From an uncultured Kofleriaceae bacterium (lineage in GTDB: Bacteria > Myxococcota_A > Polyangia > Haliangiales > Haliangiaceae), in NCBI GenBank assembly GCA_964410875.1, contig CAYPIX010000005.1, forward strand, positions 4,721 through 68,720: a stretch of DNA of 64,000 bases, given 5' to 3'. Made by a program: the position numbers and the translations under genes. The notes beneath the pieces were generated by a model. That model was not told the DNA's origin. It worked only from the letters and a program-made list of their open reading frames with translations, and ran no database searches. Positions within the stretch are counted from its first letter, which is position 1; the number at the start of each line of letters is the position of its first letter. Below are positions 9,167 through 18,201 of the stretch, one piece after another.

Positions 9167-11509
9167 GTGGGGGTAACGGGAAAACGGCAAAAGCGGTTTG
9201 GGAGAGCGGTACGTACCCTGCTCTTTCTCTGCGCTCTTTTTCAGGCTGACGCTCACGCAGAATCCGAAGCCGAAGAAGAACCGCCGCCGACAAGGTTCGT
9301 TATTGATGTTCAGGCTCAAGACCAAAGTGACGCTTGGTTCGCACGGGCGATGTCTGACCGCATAGCTAAAGAAATTTCTGGTTATCAGAGAATCGTAACG
9401 TTTCCGACAAAGTCCTTCGCCTGCTCCCCCTGCTCGCCAACCGATTACCAAGAAGCGGGTATTGAGGTGGTTTTCCTCGGTGTTCTTCGAGACGAAGATA
9501 TCAACTTCGAAATAGTCGAGTTGTGGACTCCTGCAACGGTGTCCAACGGCTCCTTTTCCGTCGACAACGGTATGAGTCAGAGCAGGCTAAAGCGCAACAT
9601 ACTCGGCGCTTTCCAACCGGTATTAACCAAGGGCGGCCTTCTCGACGAGAAAGCGTTTCTTACTGGCACGGCTCTTGGTCCAACAGTGCCCACGTTGGGT
9701 AGCTCACTCCGTAAACACCCCCGTGGTTGGTCCGCAATATTTGGAGCTAGCTTCCTGCTATTCGCTATCGCCGCCCTAGCTATTGTGGCCTCGATTTCAG
9801 ACCGACGCGGGCATAACCTCCGCGCTGTTCGCGGATGGGTTCCCTCGATCTTTATCACGATTACAAGCGCAGCACTCGCCATAGCGTGCCTCGCCTTCAC
9901 CCCCGACCCTCTTGGTCCTGACACTCCGCGCGCCGAATCGTGGGTCTGGCTATCCGAGCTCTTTGGAGGGGTCGCTTGGGCTTGGCTTTTGATTACAGCC
10001 CTTCCTAGTCTGGTTCCCAGCTTGCGGGGATTTAATCGAGTGGGCCATCGAGACGTAGTCCGGCTTGTCCAAGCATGGTTTGCAGTCGTCGCTGAACGCA
10101 TCATCATTCGCGGCATTCTTTACTCTCCGTTCATTGCCATACTTGTCGCAGCCACCTGGTCGATGGATTTGTCCAACCGTCTTGCGCTATTGGTAGTGAC
10201 ACCCTTTTGGTTGCTTTTGGCAAGGTTCTGGTTTCTTGTCATCATCGAAGCCCTTGCTCTCATATTGGATACCGAATGGGTGTCCGGACGAGCGACCCGA
10301 GCGAATGTCTGGCACGATCGTATCACTGAATATATACAGGTATTCGCTAGAAGAACCGGATATTCCCTTCCGCCAGGGTTATTCGACAACGTTCTATTTC
10401 TTCCTGGTCAACGACGAGGTATCCACTCCTACGGCGGCGGACTTGCCAAAACGCGCATTGTAGTCGGAACTGGCTTACTCGAATTCGCGATGCGCGGTCC
10501 CCTTGAGGAAGCCGAGAACGAACATGTCTTTTCTTGGGCCGATTGGCAGGCCGGTCAGATCCAACCGGTTCCTGATGACGACCCCATACAGAGGGCACAG
10601 GGGTTGGGTGCCGACCTTCGAGCCCAAGTAGAACGTTTTGCTGGCCAAGCAAAATCCGCCTTCGACTCTCTATCAGAGAAAAGAAAGCGGCGGCGGGTAG
10701 ATGTTCGAGCTCGCGGGGTGAAACAGGGAATCGGACAAATAGCGACATTGCTGGGACAAGTCATGCCCTCCTCCGATGCTCTTCTACCCTTAGTTGCCGA
10801 TACGCCACGTGATATGGCCGTAATTCGAGAATTGCTAGCTGAGCATTACGATTTCGCCCTACTCGATCCCAATTCGGAATATGACGACGGCGACCCCACA
10901 GATCGAGATTTCCTCTTCGGACCTCTCCTTGTGGAGATTGGCCGTATTGGTCGACGGGAAGACAGACTTCTTACCCTTGGCTCAGCCATTAGCACCATGA
11001 AGTCGGTACCAGGCAAGTGGTATCGGAGCGTGGAGATTTTCTACAAACGTTGGCTGAGTCGCTACTCCGCGATGCTCGCCGATGCGTATGCCGCTCTCAA
11101 CCACGGGCGACACCACTTGGTTCAGTATCTTTATTGTTTTTCTGAGCGAGACCAGTCGCTTCTCAGTGTCCGCGCGCCAAGAGCTGACCTGAAAGCAATA
11201 TCCCGTTATATAACCGATGCAGTAAGCGAGCAGCCTCCGCGAACCGAGGAAATGGGAGCCACCCTTCATGCTCGGTTAATATGGCTGTCTTATTTTTCAC
11301 GAAAACAGCTTCGTGAACAGCGCGCCTACGTCGTTCGCAATATTTTGTACGCTCTCTTCGCAGGTGTGGCTGTGGGTGGATTCCTTGCCGCTACTTTAAG
11401 AGCAATCGACTATCATCCAGCCTACGTTCAAACCCTAGACGAGGAGCGCGCGGCAATCGCCGAAGAAAACGCCTCCATTAAAGAGAAAGAACCCACTGTC
11501 AATGAGTAA
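9167..11509 (+). CDS. Large polytopic membrane protein with a degenerate M48-peptidase-like region
   Basis: 780-aa ORF with a GTG start, a signal-like N-terminus, at least 5 central hydrophobic helices and a C-terminal helix. GIHSYGGGLAKTRIVVGTGLLEF and SAMLADAYAAL resemble M48 blocks, but no HExxH is present. Confidence 0.65.
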   Translation: MGVTGKRQKRFGRAVRTLLFLCALFQADAHAESEAEEEPPPTRFVIDVQAQDQSDAWFARAMSDRIAKEISGYQRIVTFPTKSFACSPCSPTDYQEAGIEVVFLGVLRDEDINFEIVELWTPATVSNGSFSVDNGMSQSRLKRNILGAFQPVLTKGGLLDEKAFLTGTALGPTVPTLGSSLRKHPRGWSAIFGASFLLFAIAALAIVASISDRRGHNLRAVRGWVPSIFITITSAALAIACLAFTPDPLGPDTPRAESWVWLSELFGGVAWAWLLITALPSLVPSLRGFNRVGHRDVVRLVQAWFAVVAERIIIRGILYSPFIAILVAATWSMDLSNRLALLVVTPFWLLLARFWFLVIIEALALILDTEWVSGRATRANVWHDRITEYIQVFARRTGYSLPPGLFDNVLFLPGQRRGIHSYGGGLAKTRIVVGTGLLEFAMRGPLEEAENEHVFSWADWQAGQIQPVPDDDPIQRAQGLGADLRAQVERFAGQAKSAFDSLSEKRKRRRVDVRARGVKQGIGQIATLLGQVMPSSDALLPLVADTPRDMAVIRELLAEHYDFALLDPNSEYDDGDPTDRDFLFGPLLVEIGRIGRREDRLLTLGSAISTMKSVPGKWYRSVEIFYKRWLSRYSAMLADAYAALNHGRHHLVQYLYCFSERDQSLLSVRAPRADLKAISRYITDAVSEQPPRTEEMGATLHARLIWLSYFSRKQLREQRAYVVRNILYALFAGVAVGGFLAATLRAIDYHPAYVQTLDEERAAIAEENASIKEKEPTVNE

Positions 11510-12317
11510 ACCAAACAAGAGCGATTCATCGCTTTTTTTCGCGACTGTGAGCCCTTCGTCCCTCGCCATCGACAAAGCGGCGGCTGGCGCGGGCGTAGCG
11601 GGTCTAGTCGGTTTTGCTGCTCTCTTCGCAGTGGCAACGTTATTCTTCGTCACCGAAAACTACTTTATCGCGATGCTCTTAGTCTCATTTGCGCTGCTCG
11701 TATATGTAACCGGCGCCGGTGTGAAAAAGCTAGCAGGCGCAACAGTGACACTCTTGTTTTCAAGTCGCCATGTAATTGCAAACGCAGCTTACATCCAGGA
11801 GACCCTTGTTCCGCTCAAAGAATTCTTGCGGGTAAAGCACAACGAGCGAGGCGACCTTCTCGTTGGCCCTATCAAACAAGGCTCTGTAGTTGAGCTACCC
11901 GACAACCCGCTCGCTCGAGACGTACAGGCCATCTTAGCGCGGGAAAAAGGTCATGAGTACATTGAGTACACCGCCCACGATTACTATGTCGAATGCCATG
12001 AGCTTTACGACTACTCTTTAGCCCACCTCGAATTTGTCGCTAGTGCCATGCCACTATTTGGACTAATCGGAACCATTGTCGGCCTCATCGGGATGTTCGA
12101 TAGCCTTGGCGCCGACGTTAGCGTTGAGTTTCTAACCCCTCAACTCGCGCTTGCACTCAAGACAACTCTTTACGGTGCCGTTTTTGCATCTTTCTACAAT
12201 ATTGTCGCATCGCGCTTCGACCAAAGACTGAAAGCCCTTGACTACGACTTCGATACATTCTGTCGAGCCCTTGAAGTTCTTGTCGAAAACGACGTGCGGG
12301 CGGAGCTCACGGAGTGA
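11502..12317 (+). CDS. MotA/TolQ/ExbB-family proton channel protein
   Basis: 271-aa ORF with four hydrophobic segments. MPLFGLIGTIVGLIGMF and LALALKTTLYGAVFASFYNI match the TM3/TM4 signature of the family. It overlaps the upstream gene by 8 nt. Confidence 0.85.
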   Translation: MSKPNKSDSSLFFATVSPSSLAIDKAAAGAGVAGLVGFAALFAVATLFFVTENYFIAMLLVSFALLVYVTGAGVKKLAGATVTLLFSSRHVIANAAYIQETLVPLKEFLRVKHNERGDLLVGPIKQGSVVELPDNPLARDVQAILAREKGHEYIEYTAHDYYVECHELYDYSLAHLEFVASAMPLFGLIGTIVGLIGMFDSLGADVSVEFLTPQLALALKTTLYGAVFASFYNIVASRFDQRLKALDYDFDTFCRALEVLVENDVRAELTE

Positions 12318-12913
12318 AACACTTCAGCAAGATGGCGCGAAAACGCCGCAAATCTGATACCTGGCAGGTCATCTACATGGATCTCATGACCATCATCATG
12401 GTCTTTTTCGTAATCCTTTGGTCTTTAAATCAAGGAAAAGATGTAGGCATCAGCGAGACTGTAGGTGACCAAACCCTGCGAATGATCACACTGCCAGGGG
12501 ACGTACTTTTTAACTCCGGCAAGTCACAACTAAGTGCAGATGGCGGACAGGTTTTCCGCAAGTTGTTTGAGGCTGACGCCGATCAAATTCTCGATTTTGA
12601 GACAGGTGGACTAACCAACCGACTTTTGGTTATTCATGGACACACAGACGGCGTAGGAAAGAAAGACGAAAACTTCGGACTTGGTTACCGCCGAGCGTTC
12701 CAGGTCTATAAAGAAATTGAAAAATACGGAGCACAGGTCCCGGACCATGTGGTCCTCTGCAGTCACTCCGACAACTCGCAAGTACAGGCGGTCCCCACTT
12801 TTCAGGGCAACGTCACTCCGGCGCAAAAAGCTCTGGTTCGAGAAGCGAATGCAAAAAACCGCCGCATTACGATAGAAGACAAGATCGTTAACATTGGCGA
12901 AGAGGAGAACTAA
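12314..12913 (+). CDS. MotB-type stator subunit with an OmpA-like peptidoglycan-binding domain
   Basis: 199-aa ORF. YMDLMTIIMVFFVILW is a MotB TM helix with the conserved Asp. The C-terminal motifs are IHGHTDGVG, NFGLGYRRAFQV and NRRITIE. It overlaps the upstream gene by 4 nt. Confidence 0.85.
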   Translation: MKHFSKMARKRRKSDTWQVIYMDLMTIIMVFFVILWSLNQGKDVGISETVGDQTLRMITLPGDVLFNSGKSQLSADGGQVFRKLFEADADQILDFETGGLTNRLLVIHGHTDGVGKKDENFGLGYRRAFQVYKEIEKYGAQVPDHVVLCSHSDNSQVQAVPTFQGNVTPAQKALVREANAKNRRITIEDKIVNIGEEEN

Positions 12914-12916
12914 CAA

Positions 12917-14563
12917 GTGGTAGGAGCTCAATCGCTCTTGACCATCTCGGTCGCGACTCTAGCTCTGCTTACGACTTGGTGGGCCGGTCGCTTTGACCCA
13001 AGCTATCTGATGCGACTCGATCCAACGGTTACTTTCCTAGCCGGCCTTATTTCCACACTTGCTGGCGTGTTCTTTTTTCGGTTCTGGTCCGTAGCTCAAG
13101 GAAGCGACACCTATTTTCGGGTGACGGCAACCGAGGACCAAAAAACAGACGAGGTTCCCCTACTTTCTAGAAACGACAGGCACGTCGTTGTTGGGAATGT
13201 TTCGGACTACCCGCCATGGGAACTTCCTCCCCTGCTCCATCGACTCGCTTATGTAGGGGTCTTCCTCTGTCTTTCGCTATTGTCCTTCGACAACCGAACC
13301 GCGGACCTTTTGCACGCTGCACCAGATCGTCTAGACCCAGCAGTTACCCAGTACTGCGCCGACCCCAATGAGGAAGAACAAATCGTTCAGGATGATCCGG
13401 GATGTAAACTTATCCAACGCGCGTTCGAACTTGGGTACACCAAAGACCTCGGAGATTGCGCACCAAAGGTAAAGAAACAGGGTGCCAACGGCGTTTGTAC
13501 TTTGAGACGAAAAGACGAACCATACCTGCATTACACTTGGCGTTTGCTTCGTGGCAAAGACTTGATCGACGAGGAAGAAAACGAAGAAAACATCGTTTCC
13601 CGCCTGATGAGTCGTTTACGACTTCAGTGGGAATACGTTCCCACCCTCGCCTCTCTTCAATGGACGGCAGTCGCTGCCCGGCCCCGTTCGTCTCACCACA
13701 TTTGGACCAACCTTCCACCACCCGAACGGGGTTTCTTTTTCAAAGTCTCGCGCTTCTTTCATCCGCGTGGCTGTCTCGACGCTTCCTCTCAACCCCAAGA
13801 AACTCTCGGCGATCCGACATGGCGCGCAAACTCCAGTGAGCTTCTCGCCCACGCAATCGCGCAGCTTGTTTACACCCCACAGTACAAACCATCGGTGGGT
13901 TTTTGCCCCGAGTACCACGTGCATTGGGATACAGCGTCCAACTTTTGCACCAAGCTTCTTCGAGCTCCTGAGGACATGTTGTCCTCGTCTGACCTAGAGT
14001 TAATAGAAGGTGTTTTGGCGCGCCAGCAAAATGACACCGGCGTCTCCGAGCTAGGAAAGGCACTTAAAGACGCAAACGCTCTCCAGTCTCGGAGCGACAT
14101 TGCCAGAAGCCGAGAAAGCGAAGCACGTCCGGCATCTTCCAAGCAGAGCATCGTCAGTTTTCAGTGTTTTTTTGTTGTTGAGAACGGCAACAGTGAGGTT
14201 ACTACCCGTGACTTCACTCTGAACGGCACGACGTTCTCTGCACGAGAAGTCCGTATCCCAAGGACTGCGACACCGCCGGAAGTGTACAAAAACGTAGCGA
14301 CCCTACTAGCGCCCGGTTTCCGTTATGGCCAACTTTTAAGCGACGAAGCCGCGGAGGCCGACATGATAGATCAGCGACAACTTACTCAGTCCGACTATCC
14401 CCTTGCCCAACTGGAGGTTCTCCGCGACGCGGATGTCTTCGTTGGCAACGAGTGGCTCCAAGAACAAACGAATCTTCTATCGGTCTACCCCGCCCATCAA
14501 CACTTGGAAAACCTGGTGACACTATTTAGAAGGCAATATGCGGTCCAGCGGGGGCGTTTGTGA
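12917..14563 (+). CDS. Membrane-anchored Cys-containing protein, unknown family
   Basis: 548-aa ORF starting 3 nt after the motB-like stop. Three hydrophobic segments lie in the first ~130 aa, followed by a long soluble region. I recognised no motif. Confidence 0.6.
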   Translation: MVGAQSLLTISVATLALLTTWWAGRFDPSYLMRLDPTVTFLAGLISTLAGVFFFRFWSVAQGSDTYFRVTATEDQKTDEVPLLSRNDRHVVVGNVSDYPPWELPPLLHRLAYVGVFLCLSLLSFDNRTADLLHAAPDRLDPAVTQYCADPNEEEQIVQDDPGCKLIQRAFELGYTKDLGDCAPKVKKQGANGVCTLRRKDEPYLHYTWRLLRGKDLIDEEENEENIVSRLMSRLRLQWEYVPTLASLQWTAVAARPRSSHHIWTNLPPPERGFFFKVSRFFHPRGCLDASSQPQETLGDPTWRANSSELLAHAIAQLVYTPQYKPSVGFCPEYHVHWDTASNFCTKLLRAPEDMLSSSDLELIEGVLARQQNDTGVSELGKALKDANALQSRSDIARSRESEARPASSKQSIVSFQCFFVVENGNSEVTTRDFTLNGTTFSAREVRIPRTATPPEVYKNVATLLAPGFRYGQLLSDEAAEADMIDQRQLTQSDYPLAQLEVLRDADVFVGNEWLQEQTNLLSVYPAHQHLENLVTLFRRQYAVQRGRL

Positions 14564-15153
14564 AACATCTCCTTATGTTCACCGCCGCATTTTTCGTCGT
14601 CTACGTTGGCGCCGCCAATGCGCAAGACAGTACCGATTCGGAGTACACAGTTGAAAAACGCATAGACACCATTTCCAAAGGGTTAGCTGCTGTGAAGCAA
14701 CTCGACCCAAATACCCAGAACAATCTCATAAGCTACATCCACAACATGGCGAAGACCGCATGCCGCGGAAATTCAGCCAGTCTACAAGCGAACTGTCTTA
14801 TCGAAGCGGGACGTCGAAACTGCCGACAAATGAGAAAAACCTTAACCGACGGAGCATGTAACCTGGCAACCGATGTCATTATCGTCAACCGACTCAGCGA
14901 ATCGCAATTTCTATCTTCGCGTGAAAAGTATCGCGTCGCTCGGAAAGCGAAGAAGGCGAGAATCGCAATAGAAAACGCTATCCGTTTGCGTCACGCGACT
15001 CTTGTCACCGAATTCCGTCTTTCGCCGTTTTTCTCGTCCGGGGAGATAGCCGAGAAAATTGATAATTTTTGCCAAGATGGCGCGAAAAACCGTGGCATTT
15101 CGTGGCAACACTGCACGGCAGCACTTGTCTGGTTCATTGGAACATCATCATGA
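14560..15153 (+). CDS. Secreted protein, unknown family
   Basis: 197-aa ORF with signal peptide MKHLLMFTAAFFVVYVGAANAQ. It has 4-nt overlaps with both neighbours. Confidence 0.6.
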   Translation: MKHLLMFTAAFFVVYVGAANAQDSTDSEYTVEKRIDTISKGLAAVKQLDPNTQNNLISYIHNMAKTACRGNSASLQANCLIEAGRRNCRQMRKTLTDGACNLATDVIIVNRLSESQFLSSREKYRVARKAKKARIAIENAIRLRHATLVTEFRLSPFFSSGEIAEKIDNFCQDGAKNRGISWQHCTAALVWFIGTSS

Positions 15154-16334
15154 CTCACGCACTAATCGAACTTCTTTCCCGCGAATCTCGCAAACTCGAG
15201 CAGGCAGGCCTTAGCAAGAAAGAGCGCTTGGTAGAAACTGACTCCTGGCGAGATGGCGGATCTGAAATGGTCCACGTGATCGATTTTACCAGTGACGACT
15301 ACCTTGGGCTTCAGGGACTCAAGGCTATTCATGACTCCGCGTCTGCTGCTCTTGATCTCTATGGGCCCGGCGTTTTCTCAACCAGAATGCAATCGGGCAC
15401 GCGAAGCATTCACAGAGAGTTAGAAAAAGAAGTGGCCACTTTTCTAGGTATGCCAGCGGCATTGGTATACACGAGCCGCTACCAAGCCTGTCTGGGCCTT
15501 TTCGAACCGCTTTTTGACCAACGTGATTATATTTTTTGCGACGCAGTGGTTCACCCCAGCATCGCCGATGGGGCACGCCTCTCCGGCGCGCGCGTGCATT
15601 CGTTTGCAAACCACGACCTGGACGACCTTGAAGATAAACTGAAGCGATCGCGAGGCGCTCGTTTCCGAGCTATCGTGACGGACGGCGTCTCCCCTCTAGA
15701 CGGAGTCGTCGCGAATCTCCCTGGAATTTGCCGATTAGCCGAAACCTATGACGCCTTGACCATCGTCGATGATTCAATGGGGCTAGGCGTCTTGGGAACC
15801 ACCGGGCGCGGTACAGCCGAACACCATGGGGTCACAAATAGAGTGGATATTTTGATCGGGAGCTTTGAAGCGGCACTTGGTGGAAGCACGGGTGGTTTCA
15901 TTTCTGCCCATCACGATATCGTCGACTGGTTACGGCAAAAATCCATCCCCTATATTTTCTCTGGTGCAATGCCGCCGCCAGCAGCTGGTAGCGCGAAGGG
16001 AGTCCTGAAACTCCTCGAACGGGACCAACAGCCCTTGGAAGACCTTCGTAAAAGACAAATGCAACTCCGTTCCGCTCTCGCAAACCTCGGCTATAGAGTT
16101 TACGGCGGCGAACATCCTCTTCTAGCTGTGGATGTAATGGAATCCATCACCCTCCAAAAAATGATCAACCAACTCTTTGATCTGGGAATTTTTGCCTACG
16201 GTCTTTGCTATCCAGTTGTGCCCGAAGGGGAAGCACGGATCCGCTTCCAGGTTTCTGCCAACCACACAGAAGCCCAGCTTGAACAAACCATCACTGCTCT
16301 CGAATCTGTGGGCCGCGATCTATCCGTGATTTAG
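15150..16334 (+). CDS. Alpha-oxoamine synthase fold protein (KBL/AONS/CqsA-like) lacking the PLP lysine; probable pseudoenzyme
   Basis: ATG 15150 forms an ATGA overlap with the upstream stop. Family blocks are FTSDDYLGL, HPSIADGARL, TIVDDSMGLG and DILIGSFEAALGGSTGGF. The canonical DD(S/A)H His is Met, and the G(T/S)xxK Lys is Ala. Confidence 0.8.
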   Translation: MTHALIELLSRESRKLEQAGLSKKERLVETDSWRDGGSEMVHVIDFTSDDYLGLQGLKAIHDSASAALDLYGPGVFSTRMQSGTRSIHRELEKEVATFLGMPAALVYTSRYQACLGLFEPLFDQRDYIFCDAVVHPSIADGARLSGARVHSFANHDLDDLEDKLKRSRGARFRAIVTDGVSPLDGVVANLPGICRLAETYDALTIVDDSMGLGVLGTTGRGTAEHHGVTNRVDILIGSFEAALGGSTGGFISAHHDIVDWLRQKSIPYIFSGAMPPPAAGSAKGVLKLLERDQQPLEDLRKRQMQLRSALANLGYRVYGGEHPLLAVDVMESITLQKMINQLFDLGIFAYGLCYPVVPEGEARIRFQVSANHTEAQLEQTITALESVGRDLSVI

Positions 16335-16494
16335 GCCCAAACCTAAAGATGTAGAGATCAGGTTCTCTTGCGGTGGCTACTGCGTGCGCCGCGAACTTAG
16401 CTTCGTCTCACCATCCTAGGTTCGCAGTGTTCCTTATACTAAAGACCTTAGCAACGAAGTGTGCGAAGGCACTTTACTTGCACTGTGCGAGGCT

Positions 16495-18012
16495 ATGCGT
16501 TCCCTCTCGGTGCTTGTTTCAACGTTGTGTCTATTGTTCCAGATAAGCGGGTGTGTCCTCGACGACAACCCCGAGACTCCACTGGTAGATTACATCCAAG
16601 AAGGGTTCGATTCGCAGGTGGACGAGTACATACGTCTGCAGCAATTGGTGAACGAAACCGAGAAACATTGGGGAGATCTCCGATACAGAGACGCTGAGAC
16701 ACGCAATCTCTTTCTCGACGGGAACCGAAAAATACAAGAAACAGTACAAGCGATCCTTAACAACGATGAGCTCAGAGCCCAACTGCGAGAAGACGCGGAG
16801 TTGCGAAACATTATCAGCGCCGTTCTAAGGGTCCAAACGGAGAGGCTCGAGAACCTCTACAAGTCCTATGAAAGCGTCGCTTCCTTCCATGAAGCCGGCG
16901 GCAGTGTTAGCGATAAGTACATCGACGCGATGAATGACCTGTACACGAAGGGCAAGCCCGGAATGTCGATAGTCGACTTAGAGAAGAGAACCCTTCAAGC
17001 ACTACGAGCCAGCGACTCGCATTTTGACGACCTGATTAACCCAGAAGGCGAAATAGAACACATCCCCGCGAATGAATTCTCCTCGACAGGGCGCGCGTCA
17101 ATTGCACGTAAGGAATGGTTCATCGTGAAGATGCCGGAAGTGAAGGACCTCGACGTCTACAGCTTGAAGATCGATCTTCGCTTTAGACAAGATGCCCCTC
17201 TCGGGGAACGAATCTACACGCGCGCCTACTACCTCGGAGAGTTCGGGACGAAAGCGGAGGCCAAGTCCTTCCTCCAAGAACGTCTTCTTGCTGGTGAACG
17301 CCCTGGTACCTCGATCGTTCGCGGTCAGAGCAACTTCACCAGGCTGGAGACCAGTGAGGACCGCCAGACAATTCCACTTGTCCAAGGCATTGGACCCGGC
17401 TGTTACGTTGCAATCCAATTTTCGCACAAGACCGACGCTTCGATGTTCAGTGGGTCTTGGCGGAGCGCGAGACTCCGCGAAATTCGACACCCCAACAGCC
17501 GCGGCGCCGCCCTAACTCCCATGGCGGTTGCGCCTAAGCTCGGCGCGACTGATTTCGACGGGGGTAGTGTGTTTGATCTTCTCAGGCACGCACACCATGG
17601 AAACCTCAAAATAAACGGTCATGCCCGAAAGATCGTCCAGCAGTTTCAGTCCTACTTGATCCACCTCAACTACCGATACGTCGTCGACGAATTGATACCA
17701 CTTACCGCCACTGACGTCGCGTCCCTAAAAGCCCTTCGAAATTCAAGCGACAACCGGCTCGTTCAGGGTAGTAGACCTCCATTCTCTGGAAATGCGCGAC
17801 CGGGGACAGGAAGTTCGCCTGCGGGTCTTGAGGGCGTTCAACCCCAAAACTTGGCCGCTCCGCCAACCAATGCGAGCAGCGCCACACCATCACGCAAAAG
17901 AGTCGTCCCCGCTCCCGACGCTACCCGTTTCGGCGTTCCCGTAACTGGTAACGACCCATTCGACTTTTTCGGCATTCCCAACGACCACCCGGCGCGCAAC
18001 CGCGGAAACTAG
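16495..18012 (+). CDS. Lipoprotein, unknown family, with a Pro/Ser-rich C-terminal tail
   Basis: Internal start MRSLSVLVSTLCLLFQISGC (lipobox) within ORF 16459-18012. The mature protein is about 500 aa. Confidence 0.6.
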   Translation: MRSLSVLVSTLCLLFQISGCVLDDNPETPLVDYIQEGFDSQVDEYIRLQQLVNETEKHWGDLRYRDAETRNLFLDGNRKIQETVQAILNNDELRAQLREDAELRNIISAVLRVQTERLENLYKSYESVASFHEAGGSVSDKYIDAMNDLYTKGKPGMSIVDLEKRTLQALRASDSHFDDLINPEGEIEHIPANEFSSTGRASIARKEWFIVKMPEVKDLDVYSLKIDLRFRQDAPLGERIYTRAYYLGEFGTKAEAKSFLQERLLAGERPGTSIVRGQSNFTRLETSEDRQTIPLVQGIGPGCYVAIQFSHKTDASMFSGSWRSARLREIRHPNSRGAALTPMAVAPKLGATDFDGGSVFDLLRHAHHGNLKINGHARKIVQQFQSYLIHLNYRYVVDELIPLTATDVASLKALRNSSDNRLVQGSRPPFSGNARPGTGSSPAGLEGVQPQNLAAPPTNASSATPSRKRVVPAPDATRFGVPVTGNDPFDFFGIPNDHPARNRGN

Positions 18013-18033
18013 TCCTCACGTCTAGCTGAATTA

Positions 18034-18088
18034 CCTCCCCTCAGGGTTGCGCGGAAAATTTAGGGAGGGATCCACGCAACCCGAGAGG
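18034..18088. other. Long imperfect stem-loop in a convergent intergenic region
   Basis: GGGTTGCG (18044-18051) pairs perfectly with CGCAACCC (18075-18082). A further 6-bp extension pairs fully only in the minus-strand RNA, as a G-U wobble instead of an A-C mismatch. Confidence 0.4.
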
Positions 18089-18136
18089 ACGAAGCGAACC
18101 TGAGCCCGCTGACCGTTAGGCCGCACACATACACAG

Positions 18137-18161
18137 AACACGTTCAGGGGATGAACGTGTT
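18137..18161. other. Perfect 10-bp hairpin
   Basis: AACACGTTCA-GGGGA-TGAACGTGTT, with no adjacent T-run. Confidence 0.45.
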
Positions 18162-18184
18162 GGACAGAACACTCCCTACCCTTT

Positions 18185-18201
18185 TGCTACCTTTGTGCCA
18201 G
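18185..18201 (-). promoter_or_regulatory. Sigma-54 (-24/-12)-like promoter motif on the minus strand
   Basis: The minus strand reads CTGGCACAAAGGTAGCA. GG and GC have canonical spacing against TGGCAC-N5-TTGCA, with one mismatch in the -12 box. No CDS lies downstream, only the two hairpins. Confidence 0.25.

Noticed and set aside
9577-10116. 179-aa minus-strand ORF inside the 780-aa membrane protein gene, with similar antisense ORFs at 506-880, 1385-1774, 52103-52576 and 53882-54421
   Set aside because: All are embedded antisense or out of frame within longer ORFs that carry family motifs or coherent membrane topology. They have Arg/Ser/Pro-rich compositions.
11502-14563. Zorya-type anti-phage system as the explanation for the MotA/MotB-like pair
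   Set aside because: ZorA proteins carry a long C-terminal tail after the MotA-like domain, whereas the MotA-like protein here is only 271 aa. I saw no ZorC-, ZorD- or ZorE-like nuclease or helicase motifs in the neighbours, so the similarity is limited to the generic stator fold.
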